This document shows, in pieces, positions 16,701-26,349 of a stretch of 42,930 nt of DNA; position 1 is the first letter of the stretch, and each line of letters starts with the position of its first letter. The stretch lies in the IMG/VR virus record IMGVR_UViG_3300007346_000055, positions 1 to 42,930 of that record. One strand, written 5' to 3'. The DNA comes from a virus (lineage: Duplodnaviria; Caudoviricetes). The notes below the pieces were generated by a model. It did no database searches and was not told the origin of the DNA. It worked only from the letters and a program-made list of their open reading frames with translations. The position numbers and the translations under genes were made by a program.

Positions 16701-19499
16701 AGGTGAAAATGCTATCTCAACATAGTTTGTATCCGCTGTATAACTTCCACTTATAGATTCATTTTGTTGAATAGAAATAAAAGGTGACAATACATCAGCA
16801 TTAGGAACATTAGCTTCACTTCCTGTATAAGGTAGTAAAGTATTTTTAGTCCTTATTTTATTAGAAATAGGAGTTTGTATACCTGCTGGTACTTGATCAA
16901 AATAAATATGTTCTTTATTAGTGACATATTCATTACTACCACTTATATAAAAAGTGCTATTAGAAGCAAATGATGAAGTAGCTACCCAAGAACCAGTTAC
17001 TTTAGGGTGAACAGAAGTTGATCCTGTATATAATTCACCTCCTAAAGTTGCTCTAAATGCTAAATAATCTGATCCTTCTATTGAGTAGGGATTCATTACA
17101 TAAGCATCAAAATGACTCTTAGATAAAGCAACAGTGTAATATCTTATTTCTTGGAATGAACCTGTAAATATTTTAGAAGAAAGTGATGAAGATCCAAAAT
17201 AAGAAGTTGTAGCATCTACCCAATGGTTTGAGTCTGAAGAAGTTAATGATGAAGATGCTTGGAAATATATAGTATTACTACTTTCTCCTATATACTCTTT
17301 ATTAGCGGCATATAAATCATAATATTCTAAGGTAGAGTTTTTAGTTAATAAAACTGACCACCATCCACCATCATAGAATGGTAAATAAATACTAGCTGAT
17401 TCATTAGGGTAAGCTGAAATATCAGGGATATATTCTAATAAAGCGTATTGATAATAAGGATCTACTGGGTCAGCACTACTTGAAATCAAAGATGAAGTAG
17501 TATATCCTGAGCCTGTATATCTTAATCTAATTATATCTCCTGTATCTAAGGACCATAAGCTTTCAGTAACAATACTAGCTGTGTTTTGAGGTAAACCATC
17601 AGTTTTAAATCTAAATTCTACAGCTTGAGGTACATCATCAACAGCGTTCCAATTAGTGTTTAATTCCCAACTTGAAGATATATAAGAAGAACCACTAGTA
17701 TAAAAAGCATAATTAAATTCATTCTGCCAGTTATCCCATGTTTCAAAATTTTTATCTTTACCTCCAAACTCATTAATTCTTAAAATAGTATCAGGAATAC
17801 CAAACAAGGTAATTAAGGCTCTTAAACCTTCTACTGTACCTTTCTTTTTAAGAATGTATGGTAAGTTATGGTATAATCTTTTATATGTTAACTTATTAAC
17901 ATCATCTAAAGTAATAGGAATATAAGAAGCACTAACAAAAGTATTAATTACTTCACTTCCTGTAGGGTATAATTGACCATCTGCTCCTACACCTAATAAT
18001 GATGGGTAAGTATTGTCTACTGAAAAATTATTAGTGTATATATTAACACCAAATGATCTTAAAATATCAGCTATTATACCTGAAGGGGCACCGTAGTCTA
18101 GACGGTTATCTGTGTTTGTTTTATCACTTATACTTTTGATATACACCCAAATGTTATCAAAAGATTGACCAGCCATTTTAACAAAAGTTAAATATTGGTC
18201 ACTATCATAATCTTGTAAATAATCAGGAATTGAGTTTGTTAGTATATCTTGGTTATCATCATCATATAGAGATGCTGAGTATAATTGACCCCCATAATAG
18301 GGAGCTCCATAAACATCAGTACCGTACCAATTTAAAACAGCAGCACTTCCTGTTGATGCTAAAGTGTAAGGTGGTTCTGAATTAGTTTTAGGCCAGGCTT
18401 TACTTCCAGACTCAAAATATAAATAATATTCATAACCATCAAAGTTAGTTATGATGTCTGAAATATATTTTTGTAGGATTACTAAACTTCCACTTGAACT
18501 AGATGTTTGAGTTAAAGCATCTAAAGCAGCTATTTCATTATTGTAATCCTCAATTTGTTTTGCTTTAGTATAAAAGTTTTGTAATCTAGATTTAGCGGAA
18601 GAGAAAAATACAAAATTAGAATAATCAGTATAATCTATATTAATTTCTACTCCTCTTTCTTCTAGTAAACTTTGTAATTGGTTTAAAGAACTTGTACTAA
18701 CAGTACTTGTTAAAGTATTATAGTTTTGATAAGTTGTAGAGTTATTAACTAATGAGTTAATATTTAAATTAGTATTTGGTCCTTGTAAACTAACAATATC
18801 ATCAACAGGACCAAAATCTTGAGTAAAACTTATATCATAAGCTATAGGGTCAGCAGCATTAGAACTTACATAACAAGTAGTTTTTAAATTATACCTGTTA
18901 GGTAAAGGCTGGTATAGTTTAATTAAAATACTATAATCTGAGGAACTTTTATCTAAATAAACATTAGTAGCTATTACAACATTACCACTACCAAAATTTA
19001 AATAGAAGTAATCATAAGTAGCATCTAAATTAAATTGAGCGTAAAATTCATCATATAAAATTTCTAAACTTTCATTAGAAATATTAGTATTATCTATTCT
19101 AATTTCTGTTCTATTAGATGAAATTTCACTTATATAATATCTGTTAGCATCAGATGATCCTAACTCATTATTATAAAAAGCATAAGTAGTATAAACCTGA
19201 CCTGTATCATAACCAGCATTAATAACATCATTTGCTGGGTTAATATCAATAGTACTTAAGGTATTGTCTTGAACATTGTTTCCTAAACCTGTTGAAGACC
19301 AATTATTATAAGAAGAATTATAATATAAAAGATTATTATTTAAATCATAAACACCAAATTCAACACTGCTACCTGATGTGGATATAAACCCTGTTTCTTC
19401 TGTGGAACCAATTAAACCACTATCTTCTCCTGACAAAGTAGGATAAGAAGGTACTACTAAAGTGTATGGTATTTGATTTATAGTATAATTTTCAGCCAT
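13794..19499 (-). CDS. Large baseplate wedge/tail structural protein (1901 aa)
   Basis: KKKGTVEGLRALITLFG motif as in gp7/P2 gpI-type wedge proteins; possible LamG-like segment (VEFRFKT...WWSV...FTGSFQEIRYY); lies within the baseplate cluster. Confidence 0.7.
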   Translation of the reverse strand: MAENYTINQIPYTLVVPSYPTLSGEDSGLIGSTEETGFISTSGSSVEFGVYDLNNNLLYYNSSYNNWSSTGLGNNVQDNTLSTIDINPANDVINAGYDTGQVYTTYAFYNNELGSSDANRYYISEISSNRTEIRIDNTNISNESLEILYDEFYAQFNLDATYDYFYLNFGSGNVVIATNVYLDKSSSDYSILIKLYQPLPNRYNLKTTCYVSSNAADPIAYDISFTQDFGPVDDIVSLQGPNTNLNINSLVNNSTTYQNYNTLTSTVSTSSLNQLQSLLEERGVEINIDYTDYSNFVFFSSAKSRLQNFYTKAKQIEDYNNEIAALDALTQTSSSSGSLVILQKYISDIITNFDGYEYYLYFESGSKAWPKTNSEPPYTLASTGSAAVLNWYGTDVYGAPYYGGQLYSASLYDDDNQDILTNSIPDYLQDYDSDQYLTFVKMAGQSFDNIWVYIKSISDKTNTDNRLDYGAPSGIIADILRSFGVNIYTNNFSVDNTYPSLLGVGADGQLYPTGSEVINTFVSASYIPITLDDVNKLTYKRLYHNLPYILKKKGTVEGLRALITLFGIPDTILRINEFGGKDKNFETWDNWQNEFNYAFYTSGSSYISSSWELNTNWNAVDDVPQAVEFRFKTDGLPQNTASIVTESLWSLDTGDIIRLRYTGSGYTTSSLISSSADPVDPYYQYALLEYIPDISAYPNESASIYLPFYDGGWWSVLLTKNSTLEYYDLYAANKEYIGESSNTIYFQASSSLTSSDSNHWVDATTSYFGSSSLSSKIFTGSFQEIRYYTVALSKSHFDAYVMNPYSIEGSDYLAFRATLGGELYTGSTSVHPKVTGSWVATSSFASNSTFYISGSNEYVTNKEHIYFDQVPAGIQTPISNKIRTKNTLLPYTGSEANVPNADVLSPFISIQQNESISGSYTADTNYVEIAFSPQNEINEDINSTLGYFNIGEYIGDPRQVSSSSESYPELDILREAYFEKYKANYDWWDFIRLIKYYDNSLFKILKDYTPARAGLSTGIVIKQHLLERNKYPVPQLDTQTTTSFSGSNSGWNEPGVYQDLTLTGSIEIEETIGSNGGAFIDYVPTIATSASFLIEPGQVGRIFLSQSGLHNVSFAMSSSYGGGSPATTALKVYDSASLPSSYFLRNTTTIVTSSLLSGYYEETFNFNYDFKSGYLLIANDNYSSSADITITSVTASSINGFSETTQTPSGSVEKYYTNEYEFNGELKGSEYVVTDGNLSNNTINFVEVFQTPLLPVAYTYPAPFFAPGVYKGWPRVTASAANLIDYNFEEDKTYYLSFTATGNPNAKLAVVNSNRTFANGVTEKSTSPYYEDIGLITLTTSPQVIDKFEVKGMNPKVYLLNIIGGATVDPINLSNFTVFEALPEDINNDPIINFVDTYRPSVNLFDVDYSQGTTIPVNQQVLLSGSATKATVPDSNYTMARSANPRYFGSRSTSPGFNQIPITGSGIGQLPNVEQTIPYFIYTPGGRGGTLAELSGSGNYRIGFVADEDGKVYKPNTTEGNVYSTVIYNNFSTNDQVVLSNISSSNFLNATQSYSIYKPLVNSQNILHSDTGSVGQNYLVNGYYDNISMSLAPGVNTSIKAKAIGPYEYNLPKNTETTASFNTPTINQANALTASTGLYIYPQGYTPLRGSITASMSYDVNDPGVGPPDTADVVLKIYKNGTEIASASKTSDTGSINNQHGISSSIYLSPGDTFYVTLNSLSNDLDRYDFNNYEVNPFTGSNSNYSIDIGSYYFTTGSNSQYILTASADMSYFYGGFFQQEELTSNNTSSGFGNPQPFVINPLDEIRFEGDESKVYVINSVEYDGINSILYLYLNSPIASNISINLDYFSIRRWAFSSDNLIIESGNTLVGPGLILPLYPTQKLKDNLDNIINQYQTNNLI

Positions 19500-19864
19500 T
19501 ATAAACTACCTGATATTATTTGTTGTTGTAATTGTTGGTTTTCTTCTCGCAATGAATCTACTTCTGCTATAAGCGCATCAACTAAATCATCTGGGAAAGT
19601 TGAAGTTCCTATGTATTCACTACTAGTTTTTATAAGGTACTCATGAGAATTTGTTTCTCCAAATTGAGGTATATCAAAAAATAAAGAATTATAAGAATCA
19701 AAGAATTGAACTATCCTAGCATTGATAAGATTTTGATCTAAAGCATCTGTGGCTGAGGAAGTGACCTGAGGTGTAGTGTCTACTAATTGAGTAAAATTAG
19801 TGTTTACTACCCTTTTAAATTGGGTTCTAGTATATACTTCTTTATTTAAATTAATATTAGCCAT
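19499..19864 (-). CDS. Hypothetical protein, probably structural
   Basis: Coupled to both neighbours; C-terminal coiled coil. Confidence 0.7.
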   Translation of the reverse strand: MANINLNKEVYTRTQFKRVVNTNFTQLVDTTPQVTSSATDALDQNLINARIVQFFDSYNSLFFDIPQFGETNSHEYLIKTSSEYIGTSTFPDDLVDALIAEVDSLREENQQLQQQIISGSL

Positions 19865-21074
19865 TAATTATTTTAAAATAATAGTTATCATCAAAAACAA
19901 TAGTTGAGTTACCTATAGTACTTTTAATTAATATTTTATAATATCTTTCAGGTTCTAAACCAGACATGAATAATTTGAAATAGTTACCTGTTGAGTCAGC
20001 ACTTATTTTAGTATAAGTTGTATCAAAATCAATTACAAACTCATCTGTGTCTAAATCTTTTACAGCATAATAAGAGGCTGTTGGTAAGTAATAGTTTGTA
20101 GTATAAAGAGAAGCTGTTTGCCATACTCTAGGAGGGTATGTTGGTCTTGAATTTACTCTAAAAGTATTAACACTATCCAAAGTAAATGTTCCTGGATTCT
20201 GTTCTAAAGTAACTGTTACAGGTGTAGCAGATATTTCACTTATGGCTGAGGAAGTATTATAAGTAAAATCATTCCATTTAAACTCTAATTGTGGAGGATA
20301 AATAGTATTTGTATCTAAAGAATAATACTTTAATTCAGGTTGAAAATTTACATTATTTGTAAATTCAGGAATTTGTTTTACAATAAATCCATCAAAAACA
20401 TCATTTGGGATAGCTCCTGTATACCAAGCTCTAATTACATTAGATACATCTACATTTAAATCTTTATCACTTGAGTAAGAGAATGATTGAGTAGCTCTTA
20501 AAGGATAAGTATCTGTATTGAAATAAGATACAGTTGAACCTGTAAACCAAGTACCTCCTCCAGCATATCCATTAATATTTCTATTATCAGATGAACCTGT
20601 ATATGAACCTGTAGAATAAGGATTATAAGAAGAATTGATAGTTGTCCAAGCATTGCTACCTGAATAATCTCTCCAATACCAACTTGTACCGTCTACTGAG
20701 ATAGGGTCATCTAAGTATTTTCCTGTTCCCATAGACCAAGAACCTGAAACTGGGTATACTTCTAATAAGGTTCCTGTTGGACTAATATCTAAACCTGTAG
20801 CTGTAGATACAAAACATCTTAAATTTGCTGTCCAAGATCCTGTATCTAATAATTGTTCTGAGCCACTAATACCTAAGTAAGTAGTTGATTCTATAATATT
20901 TTCAATAGTAGCAGCATCAAAAGCTACTAAAAATCTGCTAGCTTGAGGGTTAACTGTTGAATAAGCAAAAGTAGTAAGAGTTGATTCAATCATCTCATCT
21001 AACCCTGTATTCATGTTAGGGAATAAAGAATATATTGTCGCGTCTTTAGTAGGGAATATTTTATATACTGCCAT
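19857..21074 (-). CDS. Virion structural protein (DNRLRE-like beta domain)
   Basis: KDATIY...SRFLVAFD...DVSNVIRAW...GFIVK...PQLE pattern. Confidence 0.6.
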   Translation of the reverse strand: MAVYKIFPTKDATIYSLFPNMNTGLDEMIESTLTTFAYSTVNPQASRFLVAFDAATIENIIESTTYLGISGSEQLLDTGSWTANLRCFVSTATGLDISPTGTLLEVYPVSGSWSMGTGKYLDDPISVDGTSWYWRDYSGSNAWTTINSSYNPYSTGSYTGSSDNRNINGYAGGGTWFTGSTVSYFNTDTYPLRATQSFSYSSDKDLNVDVSNVIRAWYTGAIPNDVFDGFIVKQIPEFTNNVNFQPELKYYSLDTNTIYPPQLEFKWNDFTYNTSSAISEISATPVTVTLEQNPGTFTLDSVNTFRVNSRPTYPPRVWQTASLYTTNYYLPTASYYAVKDLDTDEFVIDFDTTYTKISADSTGNYFKLFMSGLEPERYYKILIKSTIGNSTIVFDDNYYFKIING

Positions 21075-21083
21075 TTTATTTTA

Positions 21084-22931
21084 TTATAGAGGTACTACTT
21101 TTCCTTGAATATCAGTGTTAGGGTATTTAACTTCAAAAATCATTGGATCAAGTGAAGGATATATAGTATTATTATTTGTTGCTCCAGCAATATCATAAGC
21201 GTAATTACTATATCCTAAACTTAATCCTGTTTTGTTAACAATACTAATATTTTTTACTGTTTGTACACCTTGTATTCTATCTAATAAGATGTATAAATCT
21301 CTTAAACCAATAGGCTGGTTTATTTGTTGGTTTTGAATATTAAAAAAGTTTTGTAAAGCTGTTACACATTTAATTAAGACATCATTATTATTAAAATTAG
21401 GTAAAGTAATAATTTCAAAATTAACACCAATGTTTATAATAAAGGCATCTTTAATTCTTACAGAATCATTAACTGCTCTATATTGAGATAAATAATTAAT
21501 TAAATTAGATTTAACAGTATCTGATGTAGTAGTTAATTGGGATAAGTTATTATATCCTAAAACGTATAAGTCTAAAGTTGTTATTTTTTCACCAACATTA
21601 ACATTTTGAGCTTTAGTTGGTTCAATATAAGCTTTAGCAACTCCACCATATTTTGAAGGCATAGATAAAGCTCTAACTAGATAATCATCTAGGGTAATGT
21701 TACGTAATTGAGCTTGATAATTAACTAAAGTATTTTGTCTAATTTCATTAGCTGTATCTCCTGATTTTCCACCAGAAGCAGCAGTTGGGTTATTAACTGT
21801 TAATGAAGCTAAAATGTTATTAGCTACAGCTGTTGTTAAATTATTATTTAAAAAAGTAGCTGTTGTTATTAATCTATTAATATTGTTTGCAGCTACATTT
21901 GAATTAACTCCTCCTCCTGTTAAATATCTTACAGTTAAAGTAGTATTAACAGGTGCAATACCATAAGTATCTGTATATAAAAAGTTAGTTGGAGAATAAG
22001 CTACAGTTAAACTATCTTTTCCAAATGGTAAACCTATACCTACATTGTTTGGGTTTGGAGTTATAACTTCATCTGTGTCAGAAGGATTACCTGCTCCAAA
22101 CTGTATTTGTAAAGTAGTAGCGTCTAATAAACGAGTAGCAAATCTTCTTTGAACTTTTTTAAGTTGTAAAAGATAAGGAGCATTATCTCCAGCTGAATAG
22201 TTAGGATTATTTTGGTTAGTATTCTTAATAGAATCCATAACCATTTCTTGTCCAACATAATCTACTTCATACCAAACATTACCTTCACTATCTGTTATAT
22301 CTAAAATTCCTACAATATTAGAATCATCAATTAAAACAGTTGGAAAAGCTTGATAATTTCCAAAAGTAAATTCTGTTGTTTTAATAGTAGCAGAATATGC
22401 TTGTCTAGTTTTCTTTAAAAGATAAAATAATGGCTCACCTCCTGAAATTTCATATATTGAAACTTCTGTAGGGTCTAATGAACTACTTCTTGCAAAGTTA
22501 ATAGGATCCTCAATAATAAAAGTAGTACCTCCTGTAGAAACTTGTGTGTTTGAAGGTAATGTTAAAGAGTAATTATAATCAGGAACATTATTAACTCCTG
22601 AACCAATAGCTGGTACTTGTTGATAAAAATCAACATCAACTACAGATACATTAGTTGCTTTAGGTTTATAACCTAACATATAAGCTAAGTCAAAAATGTT
22701 AGTGACTTGTCTTGAATATTGTAAGAAAGTTTCTTGTACTTGGTTATCTAAATAAAATGATAAAACATCACCTACATAAGCAGCCATCTCCATAAACATC
22801 ATTCCTGGTGATGCTGGAGTAAAGTCATTGTAAGTATTAGGATAATAAGTCTTAGAATACTCAATTAAAGTATTTCTGAAACTTGTAAAGTCCCTATTTA
22901 AATAATTTATATTTCTATTAACGTTAGCCAT
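21084..22931 (-). CDS. Baseplate wedge subunit (T4 gp6 / baseplate J-like)
   Basis: RDFTSFRNTL..YNDF..G.MFME.AAYVGDVLSFYLD, LAYMLGYKP, IQFGAG, GG...D...EIR...Q.R.ITLDDY. Confidence 0.9.
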   Translation of the reverse strand: MANVNRNINYLNRDFTSFRNTLIEYSKTYYPNTYNDFTPASPGMMFMEMAAYVGDVLSFYLDNQVQETFLQYSRQVTNIFDLAYMLGYKPKATNVSVVDVDFYQQVPAIGSGVNNVPDYNYSLTLPSNTQVSTGGTTFIIEDPINFARSSSLDPTEVSIYEISGGEPLFYLLKKTRQAYSATIKTTEFTFGNYQAFPTVLIDDSNIVGILDITDSEGNVWYEVDYVGQEMVMDSIKNTNQNNPNYSAGDNAPYLLQLKKVQRRFATRLLDATTLQIQFGAGNPSDTDEVITPNPNNVGIGLPFGKDSLTVAYSPTNFLYTDTYGIAPVNTTLTVRYLTGGGVNSNVAANNINRLITTATFLNNNLTTAVANNILASLTVNNPTAASGGKSGDTANEIRQNTLVNYQAQLRNITLDDYLVRALSMPSKYGGVAKAYIEPTKAQNVNVGEKITTLDLYVLGYNNLSQLTTTSDTVKSNLINYLSQYRAVNDSVRIKDAFIINIGVNFEIITLPNFNNNDVLIKCVTALQNFFNIQNQQINQPIGLRDLYILLDRIQGVQTVKNISIVNKTGLSLGYSNYAYDIAGATNNNTIYPSLDPMIFEVKYPNTDIQGKVVPL

Positions 22932-23347
22932 TATAATGTAAGGGTTATTGTATCATTTATTCCAAAGTTTTTAACAGAATATGTTAATTCTATTTGCATT
23001 TCATTACTATCTTCAAAACCATATATGTTTAAATTTTCTATTGTTACATTAGGGAAAAATTGTTGAACATCATTTTGAATAACTTGTTCTAAACTACTAT
23101 AAGTTTGATTAGTTAATTGTTCAAAAACATATTCTCTTAAACTTGATCCAAAAGAAGGATTAAATACTCTTTCTCCTTTATTGGTTAAAAAGTAATTAAT
23201 TAAGTTAGACTTAATTTGTTCTGCTGTTGTATATGTTGATCTAAAAACAGCATCAGCATTAAAAGGAATACTCACCCCTACTGCTCTTTGAGGTCTTAAA
23301 GAACTAGTTACTTCAATAGGGTATTTTTGTATTACTCCAAATGCCAT
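22931..23347 (-). CDS. Baseplate gp25-like sheath-initiator protein
   Basis: IKSNLINYFLTNKGERVFNPSFGSSL signature; adjacent to the gp6-like gene. Confidence 0.9.
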   Translation of the reverse strand: MAFGVIQKYPIEVTSSLRPQRAVGVSIPFNADAVFRSTYTTAEQIKSNLINYFLTNKGERVFNPSFGSSLREYVFEQLTNQTYSSLEQVIQNDVQQFFPNVTIENLNIYGFEDSNEMQIELTYSVKNFGINDTITLTL

Positions 23348-23688
23348 TATTTAGTCATTAATCCCATTATTTGGTCTAAAGAAACTTGTCCTTCTGGTAA
23401 GGCTCCATTAACTGTGTCAGCATTTCCTGGGTTAAAGTTTCCAGCATATGCTGTGTTAGCTGCGCCTCCATTCTGCATTTCACCTAACATACCAGCAAAC
23501 ATGTCTCTACGTTCTTGAGCTGATAGTTGTTTTGGTTTTTCAATGTAAGGTTGAGCATAAGTGTCTTTTGATTCAGTCATAACTTGTTTTGGGGCACGAA
23601 CTGCTTCTAAAAGAATTTCTTTTAATTCTTCTTGGATAGCTTCTTTTACAGCTTCCTTGATTAATTTTTTAAATTCTGTCGGTTTCAT
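23347..23688 (-). CDS. Hypothetical protein with FKKLIKEAVKE leader
   Basis: Has its own ATATTTAT motif; multiple I/V/L-x-E sites. Confidence 0.75.
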   Translation of the reverse strand: MKPTEFKKLIKEAVKEAIQEELKEILLEAVRAPKQVMTESKDTYAQPYIEKPKQLSAQERRDMFAGMLGEMQNGGAANTAYAGNFNPGNADTVNGALPEGQVSLDQIMGLMTK

Positions 23689-23693
23689 TAGTT

Positions 23694-23701
23694 ATAAATA
23701 T
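23694..23701 (-). promoter_or_regulatory. Putative late promoter ATATTTAT
   Basis: Octamer 5 nt upstream of ATG 23688. Confidence 0.55.
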
Positions 23702-23717
23702 TAATTTAATTAGTTTT

Positions 23718-24770
23718 TTATAATTGTTGAGTATTACCTATTCCTAATCCATCTATTATAGTTTTTATTTCTTGAATTAAGGTTTGGTCATTAGTTGTGA
23801 ATGAATAAGGAGTAAAAGCTAAGGTTATACCTTGTGAGTTTTTAGCTACAGCTCTTCTTCTTTTTACTGTACCGTATGTCGTTGATGGTTCTTCTTCAAT
23901 TGATAGATTAAATCCTTTATAAAAAGTATCAATAGGTTGTTTTTGATCTTTATCAGCATTGTTTTGAGCAGTTGCTATACCTACAAATAAAGAGTCTACA
24001 TCACTAAGTTCTGCTTTTGGATCACATTTTACTATAAGTAAATCTAAAATACTTAATAAGTTTACTACTTTAGTTATAGAGGAACCAAAAACACCTATAG
24101 GAATAGCTACAGAATCTAAAAATTCACTTACCTTATTTAATTTAGAATTAGCTTTTTCATCAAATCTTAATAAATCTAAACCTGTGTTAGCATAGTTAAT
24201 AAGAGTTTGAGATTTGGCCACTAATCCTGGTGTGGCTATACCTGATATACCATAGGCTGCCACTATAGCATCAACTGTTATTTTAGTACCTCTAAGTACT
24301 TTAGCTGTTCCTATACCAATGTTTACAAAAAATGCTGAAGCATTAATAACTTGGTTTATAGGGTCAACAACTTTTTTTAATTTATTTAAATCATTAACTA
24401 GTTTATTTCTTACATCAAGAAGTTTCTGAGTATTGGCGGGAGATAAACAAAGGTTTGAAAGATTTTTTTGAGCTTCTTCATCAACTCTTTGTTTTGCTTT
24501 TTCAATAGCTAATGCCCTAGCATCTGGTGTTGAACGAGGATTATTAACTTGGTTTATAGCTAAATCAATAATTTCAGGTTTAACACTGTCAGGAAGATTA
24601 GAACCATTAATTTGAACAGTAATATATTCTTCTATTTTAGGTTGGTATTTGTATTTTAAAGGAGTAATAACTCTTTTATTTAAAGTAGATTTTACTTTAT
24701 CTTTACCTTTTTCTTTATATTCATCAGGTAAACTGTTGTATAATTCAAATATATCAATTCCTGAAGCCAT
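23718..24770 (-). CDS. Hypothetical helical protein, baseplate region
   Basis: 350-aa ORF coupled to the gp5-like gene. Confidence 0.7.
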   Translation of the reverse strand: MASGIDIFELYNSLPDEYKEKGKDKVKSTLNKRVITPLKYKYQPKIEEYITVQINGSNLPDSVKPEIIDLAINQVNNPRSTPDARALAIEKAKQRVDEEAQKNLSNLCLSPANTQKLLDVRNKLVNDLNKLKKVVDPINQVINASAFFVNIGIGTAKVLRGTKITVDAIVAAYGISGIATPGLVAKSQTLINYANTGLDLLRFDEKANSKLNKVSEFLDSVAIPIGVFGSSITKVVNLLSILDLLIVKCDPKAELSDVDSLFVGIATAQNNADKDQKQPIDTFYKGFNLSIEEEPSTTYGTVKRRRAVAKNSQGITLAFTPYSFTTNDQTLIQEIKTIIDGLGIGNTQQL

Positions 24771-25984
24771 TATAATGTTTTACTATATGTTGATTTGGTT
24801 TTGGTTAACAAGTTAGCGTTAATTTGGTTTAATTTAATTATAAAATCAGGTAAAATAGTTGTCACAGGAGCAAAAGCAGGGTGAACAACAAATTGCATAG
24901 CTAATCCTAAAGAAATTAATTCTTGAACTAAGTCTGAAAGTTCAGCTATTGTAGCGTCTCCTTTCAAAACAGGTTCAGTTGCTTCTTTACCTCCTAAATA
25001 AACTTCTTTTGATTGTATTACAGTTTTAGGTGTGTCAATATTAACACTTTCTACAGCGTTTAATCCAACTGATTTTTTAGAAGATAATAAGACATGGTCT
25101 TGAAAAGAATTAAATACTAACCTACCTGAGTTTATTATAACTTGAGGCTCTACATACTCATTAATTGCGGTTGGCTGAGTAGAGTAGCTGTTATAAGACA
25201 CTGTAGGTGGGGTTATACTAATTTTTTGAGTTGATGTTAGGTAAATAGAACCTGAATCTTGATTAATATCTTCTACAATTGGAACCCATGGGTCAACTCC
25301 TTCTTGTTTGTATTGACCATTTCTTATAATAGTAATAGGATCTCCATTAACACCAGAATCAGACCAATTATTTGATGGTATACCATTAAGAACTGTAGAA
25401 CCAAATCTAATACTATTGCCCCATCTACCTTCTAGAATATAATCACCTTCATAAGGTTGGAGTGTTCTAAGGTCTAATCTTTCTTGAAAAGTATATCCTA
25501 AATCAATTTCTGTACTACCATCTGTTACATGTCTTGCTACACCACTTCCTACAGTAACATAATCTTGTTTTTGATAGTCTGGAGATTGGTCTGTAAAAAT
25601 TTCATCAGGGATAGCGTTATGATGATTACTACCCCAAACATTAATAGGAGCAAAATAATAATAAGTTAAAGCAGCAGGTTTATCATTTATATCTGTTGAT
25701 GGTAAACCTATTAAATATACTAACTCATTAATTAATGGGTAATATTTTTGAAAAGGAAATAAAGGTCTAGCTAAGTTTTTTTGTGAAGGAGAATTTGATG
25801 TTGGGTTACTAAAGAATATAAAACCAATAGAAGCGTCTTGTCCATTTTCATCATATCCTTCATCTTCAGAACATAAAATAATACTATTGACTCGGGCGGT
25901 AAATATAGGAGAACCAGCAGTAGATTTTCTATTACCTCCTACAGGGTTTATTCTACCGAATATATTACTAAATCCATCAGACAT
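24770..25984 (-). CDS. Baseplate hub/central spike protein (gp5-like)
   Basis: OB-fold-like N-terminus (PLINELV), EGDYILEGRWGNSIRFGS, beta-repeat region, YLGG..ATEPVLKGD. Confidence 0.7.
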   Translation of the reverse strand: MSDGFSNIFGRINPVGGNRKSTAGSPIFTARVNSIILCSEDEGYDENGQDASIGFIFFSNPTSNSPSQKNLARPLFPFQKYYPLINELVYLIGLPSTDINDKPAALTYYYFAPINVWGSNHHNAIPDEIFTDQSPDYQKQDYVTVGSGVARHVTDGSTEIDLGYTFQERLDLRTLQPYEGDYILEGRWGNSIRFGSTVLNGIPSNNWSDSGVNGDPITIIRNGQYKQEGVDPWVPIVEDINQDSGSIYLTSTQKISITPPTVSYNSYSTQPTAINEYVEPQVIINSGRLVFNSFQDHVLLSSKKSVGLNAVESVNIDTPKTVIQSKEVYLGGKEATEPVLKGDATIAELSDLVQELISLGLAMQFVVHPAFAPVTTILPDFIIKLNQINANLLTKTKSTYSKTL

Positions 25985-26325
25985 TATTTTTTCTCTCCAA
26001 CATTTTTAGCTAAATCAAATAATTGAGCTTTTTCTTCATCTGAGAAAGCTAATTCATTAGATCCGTTTTGGGCTTGTACTTGTAAAGCACGCTGAACAAT
26101 GGTGGCCATTTTGATGAGTTGTTCATCATTTTTGACTCCAATTTCCATATATTCTTTAATTAAAGGTACTACTAAAGTAGCATCTCCAATGTCATTAATA
26201 AGGGGTTTTAATTCTCCAATTAAGGCAGAAATTTGAGCTTCTTTTTTCTTTTGATTCTCATAAATTTCTTCTAAAATGTCAGAGAATTTTTTATTTTTAA
26301 ATATTTTAGAATCTAATCCACTCAT
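25984..26325 (-). CDS. Hypothetical helical protein
   Basis: ORF with ATATTTAT upstream, coupled to the next gene. Confidence 0.75.
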   Translation of the reverse strand: MSGLDSKIFKNKKFSDILEEIYENQKKKEAQISALIGELKPLINDIGDATLVVPLIKEYMEIGVKNDEQLIKMATIVQRALQVQAQNGSNELAFSDEEKAQLFDLAKNVGEKK

Positions 26326-26336
26326 AAGTTTTGATT

Positions 26337-26344
26337 ATAAATAT
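26337..26344 (-). promoter_or_regulatory. Putative late promoter ATATTTAT
   Basis: Octamer upstream of ATG 26325. Confidence 0.55.
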
Positions 26345-26349
26345 TGAAA

